64,000 bases of DNA from Selaginella moellendorffii (taxonomy: Eukaryota; Plantae; Lycopodiophyta). This document shows positions 23,833-33,664 of this stretch, piece after piece. The stretch covers positions 1-64,000 of the forward strand of contig NW_003314296.1 of NCBI RefSeq assembly GCF_000143415.4, in the 5' to 3' direction. Numbering within the stretch: the first letter of the stretch is position 1; each line of letters starts with the position of its first letter. The translations under genes were made by a program, and so were the position numbers. A model generated the notes under the pieces. That model did not search any database and was not told where the DNA came from. It worked only from the letters and a program-made list of their open reading frames with translations.

Positions 23833-25101
23833 TTACGCAGCTTGTTCCAGCACCAGGCGGCCAACCAGCTGCTTCAACTTGAGTGTTTCGATCGACTTGA
23901 GCTTGATGTCGCTCAAACTTTCCAGCTCCTGACGCTTGGGATCGATCGAGACTGCCAGAGGCCTTGGAACTGAAGACCACCAATCTGGCGATGGTGGCGA
24001 TGGCGACGATCGCTCCTCCTCGGCCCGGAAAGTGTGATAGACCACAACATCTCCTCCACTTCCAAGTTCCTGGCGGCTACTTCCCACGCAAGAGTAGCCT
24101 CTGGGAACAAATCCCACACCCCAGGAGGAGCCACCATTTTTTTTCCCGGCTGCTCCACTGATCCCAGTCGCGTAAAGTGCCAGCGAGAAGAAGCCTGGTT
24201 TGAAGCACCGCAAGACTCTGTCCACCAGGACCTGGAGATCAATCTCCCTCGGTCCATATCCCATGGTCTCAAAGCTCGCGTAGCTGAAACCATCCTCCGG
24301 AGTGACGTGAATCGTCGAGTAAGCGCCGCCCTCGACGCTGTTCATGGAGTAGCCGCACGGATCGAAGGCGAAGTCGCAAATCCTGGCACCGGGGAGAAGA
24401 CCATCAATCCCGGCAGCTCGAGTCATTCCCTCGGCCGAGCAATTCACGTCCTTGTAGAACTCGGTCGCCACCTTCCTGTCCAACTCCGTCATACACATCT
24501 CGAGCGTGAAACCTGGCTCGCTGCTGCTGCCACCACCGCTGCCAAACTCGTCTTCCACCGCGGGTGCTACGTAGACGTGCCACTTCTGTGCCGAGGAAGA
24601 ACTCCCAAGAACGTAGCCTCTTCCTCCGCTAAAGAAGCCGTCCAAAAACTCCACCTCGTCCGTGAAGTTGCGGTGAGGATAATCCTGCTCTGCCGGGAAG
24701 AAGAAACTCCCTCGCCGATACTTGCAGCACCGGACCGAGAGATCCAAACCCGAGGCCAGCTCCAGCAGAACCGGGATGCTCCTCAGCAGCTTGGTGGTGC
24801 CGCAAGTCTTGATCACCACCTTGAGTGGATAGACGAAGAGGCTCGACTCCGAGAGCACGTAGGAATCAAACTCGTCGCTGCTAAGCTGGGCCACTATCGT
24901 GCACTCGGCCGCCTTGAGCATCCTGTCAAGGCCTTCCCTGGAAACCGACCTCAAACCCGATGCCTCGCTGCTTGGACCATACGAGAATTCGATTTCCAGC
25001 CTCTTCTCGAATCCCTCGAAGCCAGTAGTTGCCACTGCTCCAACAGTAGCTGCCACTTCTTCCTGCTGGAGCCCCGCCACCCAAGCTACTTCCAGTCCCA
25101 T
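23833..25101 (-). CDS. SAMDC: S-adenosylmethionine decarboxylase proenzyme
   Basis: FEGFEKRLEI, YVLSESSLFV (self-cleavage site), IKTCGTT, FDPCGYSMN, TIHVTPEDGFSYASFE. Intronless main ORF. Confidence 0.97.
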   Translation of the reverse strand: MGLEVAWVAGLQQEEVAATVGAVATTGFEGFEKRLEIEFSYGPSSEASGLRSVSREGLDRMLKAAECTIVAQLSSDEFDSYVLSESSLFVYPLKVVIKTCGTTKLLRSIPVLLELASGLDLSVRCCKYRRGSFFFPAEQDYPHRNFTDEVEFLDGFFSGGRGYVLGSSSSAQKWHVYVAPAVEDEFGSGGGSSSEPGFTLEMCMTELDRKVATEFYKDVNCSAEGMTRAAGIDGLLPGARICDFAFDPCGYSMNSVEGGAYSTIHVTPEDGFSYASFETMGYGPREIDLQVLVDRVLRCFKPGFFSLALYATGISGAAGKKNGGSSWGVGFVPRGYSCVGSSRQELGSGGDVVVYHTFRAEEERSSPSPPSPDWWSSVPRPLAVSIDPKRQELESLSDIKLKSIETLKLKQLVGRLVLEQAA

Positions 25102-25211
25102 GATGCTTCCCCAAGACCGCTAGAAGGACGAAGAAAAAAAAAATCTGGCTGCCTAGATCTATCTTCCCAACGCTAGCTAAATCTTACTGAGAGAAGCTCC
25201 TGGAAGGAATG

Positions 25212-25447
25212 TCAGGATGGTTTCCTCACGCACTGGGAAAGAAAAAAACGAAAAAGTTAGAATTTTTCCTCGCGGAATCAGAAGAGATTGAGCTTACCAC
25301 AGTGAATCCGGCACGCCGGAGCTTCTCGAAACCCCCGTTTGGCCGAACGTCCTCCACAACGTAGCCGAGAGGGATCTCGTATCGGAATTTGGAGTTTCTG
25401 TTACTACTACTACTGCTAGAATCGTCCTCGCCTCCCTTGGCGTCCAT
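25212..25447 (-). CDS. SAMDC conserved small upstream ORF (leader peptide), spliced
   Basis: MDAKGG...SSSSSS...YEIPLGYVVEDVRPNGGFEKLRRAGFTV (25447-25298), intron 25297-25233, then CVRKPS* (25232-25212). Matches the plant AdoMetDC leader peptide pattern (PLGYxIEDVRPxGG...CxRKPS). Confidence 0.92.
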
Positions 25448-25455
25448 CACAACAT
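25447..25455 (-). promoter_or_regulatory. SAMDC tiny uORF (ATG TTG TGA) overlapping the small-uORF start codon by one base
   Basis: Minus strand reads atgttgtgAtggac; the A of TGA is the A of the small-uORF ATG. Confidence 0.88.
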
Positions 25456-26109
25456 GCCAAGATTTCTACAAAACACAAGACTAGCGCGAGTCAGAGAGAT
25501 TGCCGCTGCTATGCCGCAGCGCCGCGCTTACCTGAAACGACGATCGCGAAGAAATCGAGCAAAAACGCTGCGCCGCCACAAAGAGGGGAAAAAAAGCGCA
25601 CAATTCACAATAGGTAGGGCAAAACTAGCGAGAACGCGGGTCTTATAACAAAGTGAGGGCGACGCTTCGCATCGCAGCCGTTGGATCAAATCCACGCGGA
25701 CCGTCAATATTTCCTTCTCCAGCACGTCAACACGCGAAGTGTGAGCGGCCACGTAGCTTCCAATTTCACCACGTGCTAGCAAACTGGAAGCGTGAAGTAT
25801 CAAATCTTATTTCAGAAAATACAAAACATTAGCAATTCCCAACGAAACATTGCATCATCAAGCACATTTTATATCAAACGCTACAAATGTGGAAAGCATG
25901 TTTTATTTCATATGTGAAATAAAATATTAAGTCATAGAAACATATCAAATCAAAATCAATTGAAATCGATATATTTCATGTTAAATGTCAAGATTTGAGT
26001 AACTTCAAAATCAAATATTAATTAACAAGTCTTGCTCATTACTAAAGTTTTCCCTCCAATGTTAAGAAACTTGGAATTGGCTGCAAAGATGCAACCCTGG
26101 AGAATTCCT

Positions 26110-27129
26110 AGATTATATAATCATTTGGATCGCTGCACACCGTTTGAGTGCTGCAAAAGCATCCAAGCGTTGGATCTGGGGGAGATCCACATCTATACTT
26201 CGCACCGGGAGTTCCACAGCAAGCATCCAAAACCTTGACGAATCAAACGACCCAATAGTGCCATTGACCATTCCCAAATGATCCGAGTACCAATCCGGAA
26301 CGAAGAATGATCAATCTGTATAGTTTGCTCGGAACTCGTCAACCAGATCCATTAGCTTTTGGTTGTAATAGATGCTCGGATTGTTGTAGCGCTTAGAACA
26401 ACCAAGCTGATCATAATCCCCAGCAGTAGTGAATGGCAAGGATGTTGCTTGTGCCAGATTAATAGAAGCACAACCTTGCGCTGTCAAACCCCAAATCAAG
26501 AAATTCATGGCACCATACTTGATAAGCTTTTGGATCCCTTCCTTGATAACTCCTAAGATGTTGGGAACAAGAATTTGCTCAATTGCAGTCTGATTGGAGT
26601 AGTAGAAGAGATTATAATTGTTGAAGTCGTTGCCACCCAATATAAAGCACGAGAGAAAGCTTCTGGAGATGGCAAAAGACTGAGATCCACGGCTGAAGAC
26701 TTATATTTCTACTGGACAAGCTTCTGGACACGCCTGTACTCGCCAATCCGGATCTCAAGGGCAAATGGATTCCTCCCCTGTGGAGGAACAACAAAAGATG
26801 CAGGAAAACTTGCAGTGCAGCCAGCATTTCCAAAGTTGATCCCTCGAGAGAAATTTGTACCATAGGTTGGAGCTAGAGAGTGACCAAAAGCCTGGGAGAC
26901 CATATCTAGAATGTTGAGCCAATCTTCCAGTGGGTCCTTGAGGGAAGTTTTGACGATATGGAAGATTGTTAGCAACACAAAGAGATGGAGTGGCAGTGCA
27001 AAGATTTCCAGTATCTGAAAGTGAATCAGTGAATACAAAGATCTCTGGAGCACATACTGTGTTAGCTGCAAGAGAAGAAAATGGGAGCAACATTAAAATC
27101 AAAGACAAAATATAAGAAACACAACCCAT
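26110..27129 (-). pseudogene. GDSL/SGNH esterase-lipase pseudogene
   Basis: Signal peptide, IFVFTDSLSDTGN, PTGR, GINFGNAG, IGGNDF and DACCG...CSDPNDYI blocks are present. There is a frameshift after PTGR, stops at about 26709 and 26311, and no DxxH block. Confidence 0.8.
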
Positions 27130-27377
27130 TTTCTTGTGAGATTCTCTGAATGAGATGTGAAGGTTTCTAAGACTGTCTTATATACTAGGTGAAACCTTTC
27201 TCAGGTTAGCAACACATATAATAACTTTACTACAATCATGATAAGATTGTTATGATAGTCTATAGTCCTAGAAATACAAAATAATATCTCATCTTTCCAA
27301 GGTTATGAACCACCATAATCTTGGAAACATGTTGGCAAATACAAAGACTTCCATGAAAACCTTGATAGAAGTTCAAT

Positions 27378-30300
27378 TTATTTACATAAATTAGACATTA
27401 GAATGTAAGGTGTGGCATTCTTGGAGTCCAACTTGAGCAAAAACTCAAACACAATACTTCCTACATCCAAATTCTTCCATTTGCAGCAAGCACTGAGAAG
27501 AATTGTCCAAGTCACAGTAGTAGCCTCGAATGGCATCGTTTTTGCCATTGCCAGGGCTTCTTCCAGTAGATTTGCACGTCCAAGAAGATCAACCATGCAG
27601 TGGAAGTGCTCTAGAGTTTGCTCCACTCCATACGTCGAGGATTTCATCGCTTGGAACAAGCTCCTGCCCGTGGCCACCATCCCCGTCCGGCCACACACGG
27701 AGAGGACGCACGAGAAAGTGATCCCATCGCCTCTCAAGCCTTCGTCGTGCATGGAGCCAAAGAGCTCCAAAACTCGAGCCGCGTCTCCCTGGTGGCTATA
27801 GCTCCCCAAGAGCGAGTTCCACAGACTCAAGTCCCTGCTGCTGCTGGCGAGAGCATCAAAGATCCTGTGAGAGCTGGCCGCCTTCCCACACTTCCCGTAG
27901 AACTCCACCAGAGATCTCTCAAGAATACTACTGCTGCTTTTACTGCTGCTGCGAGGATCATCCCTGTTGATCGCTGCGTGAATGGCTCTGCCGCAGTCGA
28001 GAGCCACCAAGCTTCCACAGGCCTTCAGTGCAGCGACGAACGAGCGAGCCACCGGAGCAAAGCCTGTTGAAGCTTCCATGAGGAAGAAAATGCTCAAGGC
28101 TAGCTCCGTCTCTCCATTCTCTGCGTAACTGGCCACCAGAGAAGTCCAGGACACCACGCTGTGGCAAGGCATCCGGTCGAAAACTCTCCTGGAATCGGCT
28201 GGGCTGCCACACTTTGCGTAGAAATCCAGCAACGCGTTGGTCACCATGAAGTCGGAGTCGCATCCCGTTTGAGCAGCCTGGCTGTGGAGTTCCATCCCGG
28301 CCTCTAGTGACTTGACTTTCACGAGCTTCCCATCGATCGTTTTCGTTCCTTCTTCTCTGGTCGCCAAAGCAGCTCTGGAACTTAGCACGGCCACGAAGGT
28401 TGCTGCGTTTGGCGAGCCGCCTTGAGCTTCCATGCGCTCAAACAGCTCCAAAGCCAGCTTGTTCTCGTCGTTCTCAAAGTATCCCAGTATCAGAGCGTTC
28501 CAGGCGACCACGTCGTGATCCACCATCATGTCGAAGACCTCTCGAGCTTCCAGAATCCTTCCGCAGTTCATGTATAAGTCGATCAGCGCAGTCGCCACGA
28601 AGATGTCCGAGAAGCAGCCGCGAGGCACTGCTTGAGCATGCATCGCAAACGCCGTCTCAAAGCACCTCAGCTTTACGGACTTTCCATCGGCGAGCTGTGT
28701 GGATTCTTCCCGGACAGCAGCACTGGAGCAAGCCGCTAGTGCAGCGACCAACACCCGAGAATCGCCGACGCAGCCTGTAAATCCTCCCATCCTCCCAAAC
28801 AGCTCCAAAACTATCTCGTCTTCGCCAGCTTCCAAGTATCCCAGGATCAGTGACTTCCATGCGACTGCATTGTGATGTAGCATACCGTCGAAAACTCTGC
28901 GAGCATCTGCCAGGCTCCCACACTTCGAATACATATCCACCAATGCCCCCGCGAGAATGATATCGGACGCAAAGCCTTGCCTTTCGGCTTCCAAATGCAA
29001 AGCCGTGCATTTTTCCAAGCTCTTCGTCTTCACCACCCGGCCATAGATGAGTTCCCCAGCTTCTTTCGTAGCCAAAGCCGTATATGCCATCGTCAAGGCC
29101 AGAAGTGTTCTCGAGTTTGGCAGGCAGTTTTCTAGCCGCATCCGCTGATAAGCTTCCAGTGCCAAGTCTGCTTCTTCGTTCTCCACGTAGCCGAGAAGCA
29201 AAGCGTTCCACGACACGGTGTCATGTCTCGGCATCCTGTCGAAGCACTTCTGCGCCTCCGCTAGGCTCCCACACTTCGCGTACATATCGATTGCCGCAGT
29301 CAAGAGAAAGACGTCCTTTCCACAGCCACTCTCCTCAGCCATGGAGACGATCTCTCGCCCTCTGTTCAAGCTTCTGGTTTTAACATCCTTCCCGCTGAGA
29401 TCTCCCAAAGTTGGCTGCTCTTGAGACGCCAGACTAGCACAGGCCATAATCCCGGTGACAAAAATCCTGGCATCTGGAACGGTACAACACTTCTTCATTA
29501 GTCGGCCAAAGAGTTCCAGAGCGACAACACTCTGGGAGTTTTCTACGTACCCCTGGATGAGCGAAGTCCACGACACTAAAGTTGGAGCCGGGATCCTGTC
29601 GAACACCTTTCGAGCGTCTGGCATGCTTCCACACTTGGCGTACATGTCCACCAGGCTGTTTGCCAGAAATATATCCCCGTCACAGCAGCTCTTCACCGCG
29701 TGCAAGTGTATAGCTCTCCCCGTTTCCAGAATCTTTTCTCCCTGGCTTGCTGCTAAGTTTCCACAGGCCATGGTGGCGGCGAGGAAAGTTTTAGCGTTCG
29801 CAACCAAGCTAGAACCTTGTCGGAAGGACGAGTAGATCTCCAAAGCAAGCTCGCTATGGCCATTCTCGACGTATCCCACGATCAGTGCGTTGAAGGAGCC
29901 AATGTCGTGATTTTCCATGGTATCAAAAACCTGTCGAGCGTCAACCATGCTTCCACACCTGGAGTACATATCGAGAAGTCCAGTCGCCATGAAGAAATTC
30001 TCCTGGCAATCTCTTCCTCTTTTCCAGGCCTGCGAGTGAAGATCCATTCCCTTCTCCAGTGACTTTAGCTTGACGAGCTTCCCCTCTAGTGATTTTCCAG
30101 CTTCTCTGGAAGCCAAACTCGAGCAAGCCATGAATGCCGCCAGGAACGTCCTGGCATTTCCCTCGCAGCCTTTCTCTCCCATTCCGGCAAACAATTCCAA
30201 TGCGAGCTCGTTCTCGCCATTCTCGACATAGCCAAGGAGAAGAGCGTTCCAAGACACCACGTCGCGACTGGCCATGGCGTCGAAAACCTGGCGAGCATCT

Positions 30301-30572
30301 GCCATGCTTCCACATTTTGCGAAGCAATCCACCAGCGCTGTTGCCACGAAGACATTCGAGGCGCTGCCGCTGGCGATCGCCTCGCGTTGGAGTCTCTTTC
30401 CACCCGGAAGATCTTTTGCCCTGGCGCAAGATTTCAATCCGGCAAGCAGTCTCCCGATGTTACCGTCTCGCGATCCCTGTTCCAATGCCGATCTAGAACT
30501 CACCGATCGAAGCTGGACGAGGAGCCGCCGCTGGAATCGCCTCTGGGAGATCTGCCCTGGCGATACGACCAT
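27378..30572 (-). CDS. PLS-class pentatricopeptide repeat protein with E domain, no DYW (1064 aa)
   Basis: Repeated LVDMYAKCGS..ARKVFD.M...VVSW.ALI.GYVENG units; EHFHCMVDLLGRAN; E motif TWTILLSAC...ATPYILMSNL. Confidence 0.93.
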   Translation of the reverse strand: MVVSPGQISQRRFQRRLLVQLRSVSSRSALEQGSRDGNIGRLLAGLKSCARAKDLPGGKRLQREAIASGSASNVFVATALVDCFAKCGSMADARQVFDAMASRDVVSWNALLLGYVENGENELALELFAGMGEKGCEGNARTFLAAFMACSSLASREAGKSLEGKLVKLKSLEKGMDLHSQAWKRGRDCQENFFMATGLLDMYSRCGSMVDARQVFDTMENHDIGSFNALIVGYVENGHSELALEIYSSFRQGSSLVANAKTFLAATMACGNLAASQGEKILETGRAIHLHAVKSCCDGDIFLANSLVDMYAKCGSMPDARKVFDRIPAPTLVSWTSLIQGYVENSQSVVALELFGRLMKKCCTVPDARIFVTGIMACASLASQEQPTLGDLSGKDVKTRSLNRGREIVSMAEESGCGKDVFLLTAAIDMYAKCGSLAEAQKCFDRMPRHDTVSWNALLLGYVENEEADLALEAYQRMRLENCLPNSRTLLALTMAYTALATKEAGELIYGRVVKTKSLEKCTALHLEAERQGFASDIILAGALVDMYSKCGSLADARRVFDGMLHHNAVAWKSLILGYLEAGEDEIVLELFGRMGGFTGCVGDSRVLVAALAACSSAAVREESTQLADGKSVKLRCFETAFAMHAQAVPRGCFSDIFVATALIDLYMNCGRILEAREVFDMMVDHDVVAWNALILGYFENDENKLALELFERMEAQGGSPNAATFVAVLSSRAALATREEGTKTIDGKLVKVKSLEAGMELHSQAAQTGCDSDFMVTNALLDFYAKCGSPADSRRVFDRMPCHSVVSWTSLVASYAENGETELALSIFFLMEASTGFAPVARSFVAALKACGSLVALDCGRAIHAAINRDDPRSSSKSSSSILERSLVEFYGKCGKAASSHRIFDALASSSRDLSLWNSLLGSYSHQGDAARVLELFGSMHDEGLRGDGITFSCVLSVCGRTGMVATGRSLFQAMKSSTYGVEQTLEHFHCMVDLLGRANLLEEALAMAKTMPFEATTVTWTILLSACCKWKNLDVGSIVFEFLLKLDSKNATPYILMSNLCK

Positions 30573-30575
30573 AAG

Positions 30576-30629
30576 AACCCTAATTTTTCGCGCTTAAATG
30601 AGAATTTTAAAAACTAGGAACTAGGGTTT
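30576..30629. promoter_or_regulatory. Compact bidirectional promoter with two telo-box-like motifs and an E2F-like site
   Basis: aaccctaa (30576-30583), tttcgcgc (30586-30593) and ctagggttt (30621-30629) lie between divergent ATGs at 30572 (-) and 30650 (+). Confidence 0.55.
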
Positions 30630-30649
30630 ACAGAGAGTGTTTCTTGGCT

Positions 30650-33058
30650 ATGGCGCTCTTGTGGTTTCGAAAGGGGCTGAGGCTCCACGACAATCCATCG
30701 CTGGAAGCCGCGTGCCATGGCTCGCGAAATGTGTATCCAGTCTTTGTTTTGGATCCTTGGTTCTTGGCGCCGGATCCAAGTGCGCCATCGCCAGGGTCTG
30801 CTCGAGTTGGGATCAATCGCATCCAGTTCTTGCTCGAGAGCTTGCAGGATTTGGATCGAAATTTGAGCTCCCGGGGAAGTAAGCTCCTGCTCGTCCACGG
30901 CAATCCAATCCAAGTAATTCCAGAGCTTCTTGACAAGGTGGAGTCTTCTTTCTCTTTTGTTCTTGAAAGCAGCCTCTTATTATTTTTTTCCAGTGGAGAA
31001 TCAGGAAGTTGTGCTTTGAATTTGACACGGAACCATATGCATTGGATCGAGATGCTAAGATCAAGGTAGAACTCCTGGCTCATCTCATCTTGCCTTTTTT
31101 TTTTTTTTCTTTTCTCGAGAGTTCTCACTGTTTCAAAGAACAGGAGCATGCTAAAGACAAAGGAATTGAGCTCCATTGTTCTGTGAGCCACACTATTTTC
31201 AATCCAGATCTTCTGATAGCGAAGGTGACGACTTCATTCCCTTCTTGTTTACTAATATTTTGCGGTTTTCTCTATCAGAATGGTGGCAAGGCACCTCTAA
31301 CGTTCCAATCCTTCTGCAAAAACCTTGTTCCAGCCACAAAGCCAATTGGAAATGGTCCATCGTCGATTCCTCCAACTGGTGATCTTCATGGGATCAAAGT
31401 GGTGCCAGTTCCAACACTTGAGGAGCTCGGTTATACCGATTTTCACGAGGTTTGTGAATTGTTTCTTCGTGTTTTTTCCTCCTGATTTACTTCTTGCTAA
31501 ATCGCTCTTTGTGTGTTTAAAAGGATTTTTCTCCGTTTCGTGGTGGCGAAACTGTAGGACTAACTCGGTTGGAGGATAGTCTTGCGAACGAGGTACTAAC
31601 TTCTGGAACTTTGCTTCAATGTTTTCAAAAATTCTTTTTCTTTGCAAGTAGAAGTGGGTATGCGAATTCGAGAAGCCCAAAGGAGATCCAACTGCGTTTA
31701 TAAAGCCTGCGACCACGGTTCTTTCTCCATACTTGAAGGTTCAGGCGCCGGTTCAAATATCTCTCTTTCTCACTCCACACAGTTTTTTGCGTAGTTTGGC
31801 TGTCTTTCCTCCCGGCTTTTCTACTCTCGCGTTAAGGAGGTCTATTCCAGGGCGAAGTCCTTTACGAGTCCTCCAGTTTCTTTGGAAGCTCAGGTAAGCA
31901 AAGTTTAGTGCATTATTATCAAGTAGATTCCGTGAGCCTCTTTCGCTCAGCTCTTGTGGCGGGAGTTCTTCTATACTGCTGCATATGCTACTGCGAATTT
32001 TGACAAGATGGTTGGGAACCCCACTTGCAAGCAAGTAAAATCCTTCATCTTCTCTTTTTTTAATTGCTCTAAGCTTTGGTTCGATCAATCCATAACTTTG
32101 GTCTAGATCCCTTGGAAGGACGACGATGAACTTTTGAGTGCTTGGAGAGATGGACGTACTGGTTATCCCTGGATAGACGCTGCCATGACACAGGTCTCTT
32201 TCTCCTCCATCTTCTTCTTTACTAAACACTTTTGTTTTTTCCTTTCTTTTCTGCTGATTTTAGTTACGAAAATGGGGATGGATGCACCATCTAGCTCGCC
32301 ATGCAGTCGCTTGTTTCTTAACAAGGGGTGATATGGTAAGTGTTTTCTCTTTTGCCTTACTGGTCATTACAACATTCCTTCAAATTTGGACAGTTTGTAT
32401 ACTGGGAGAAAGGCCGAGATGTCTTCGATAGGCTTTTGATTGACGCCGATTGGTCTATCAACAATGGTAACTGGCTTTGGCTCTCAGCTTCTGCGTTTTT
32501 CAATCAGGTATTTAAAACCTTTTAATTCTTGCTTCCTCCTCCTCTTACTGTGCTCAATTCCAGTACCATCGAATTTACTCCCCAATCACGTTTGCAAAGA
32601 AATACGATCGTCAAGGGAACTATATCAAGCATTTTCTCCCCGTTATAAAAGGCAAGTGGAAATAATCTCCTGTCAAAACACTAAACCAAAGGACGACGTT
32701 TAGATATGCCGCAGGAGTTTATCTACGAGCCATGGAAAGCTCCAGTTGAGATTCAGAGGAAAGCAAAGTGCATCATCGGGAAAGACTATCCAACACCTGG
32801 TAAATCATTCTTATACTTTTGGCTAAGCTCCTTCGATTACACCGTGCCTTGTTGCATCCAGTGCTCGATCATGCTGTTGCCAGTAAAATCTGTCGGGAGA
32901 GAATGGGAGCGGCATATGCTCTAAGCAAATCGTCGCATGGGAATGTCTCGCAGGAACAAGTAGATGAATTGCAAGACACGCTCACCGATGTTCCAACTAG
33001 TAGCACCTCTAAGAACAAGAGACAAAAGCAATCAAGGATAACAGATTATTCAGCTTAA
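30650..33058 (+). CDS. UVR3: (6-4) DNA photolyase (multi-exon)
   Basis: [102 protein letters not shown]. Confidence 0.93.
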
Positions 33059-33274
33059 TTTAATAAAAATCATAAAACATGCCCTTGGTACTGGAGCCAG
33101 GAATTTAATGACGGCAGTGTCACCTCTTTGATTGATTTTATCGCTAGAAAGAAAACATACTAAACGTATTTGTAAAGGAAAAGGTGGAAAGAATATTATC
33201 ATCTAGGAAAAGGTGCCTTAGCAGTATATAATGAGGCTAGTTCAAGGGCTAACTAGACTTTCGAGAGAAGATCT

Positions 33275-33664
33275 ATGGCGCTTGGGTGTGGTGTAGAGAT
33301 GCTTGGTGATCAGCCGTGGAAGAATGAAGGAGTGAAGATGGACTTCACATGGGCAGCAAACGAATCGTGCAAAGAGAGAGCCTGGTATTTGCAAGAGGAA
33401 GAGCTCCTCTACAAGCTCTTTGGCGAAGTGGAGTCGCGAGTAGCTAATGATGATGAGGAAGGCTGGGAGCGCGTTTCTGGGAGTGGAAAGACGAGTTCCG
33501 TGGATGAGGAGTTCATGCGAGAGGAGGAGCAGCTTTCTTTGCTCTTTGAGGAAGTGGCCTGGAAGGCAAACCATGAGGTGGGCGATGAAGAAGAAAACTC
33601 GACGATTCTGAGAGAGGTGATGGAGCTGCTTGGTCTCACAAGCAAAAGGATTTCCAAACTGTAA
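33275..33664 (+). CDS. Hypothetical acidic protein (129 aa), intronless
   Basis: Glu-rich ORF with coding-like composition; tatataa about 45 nt upstream (33226). No recognisable family. Confidence 0.4.
   Translation: MALGCGVEMLGDQPWKNEGVKMDFTWAANESCKERAWYLQEEELLYKLFGEVESRVANDDEEGWERVSGSGKTSSVDEEFMREEEQLSLLFEEVAWKANHEVGDEEENSTILREVMELLGLTSKRISKL

Noticed and set aside
24034-25176. 380-aa plus-strand ORF
   Set aside because: Antisense shadow of the GC-rich SAMDC CDS; no motifs of its own.
30650-33058. Cryptochrome or CPD photolyase assignment
   Set aside because: The MHHLARH motif and the DPSAxSPGS insert fit plant (6-4) photolyase.
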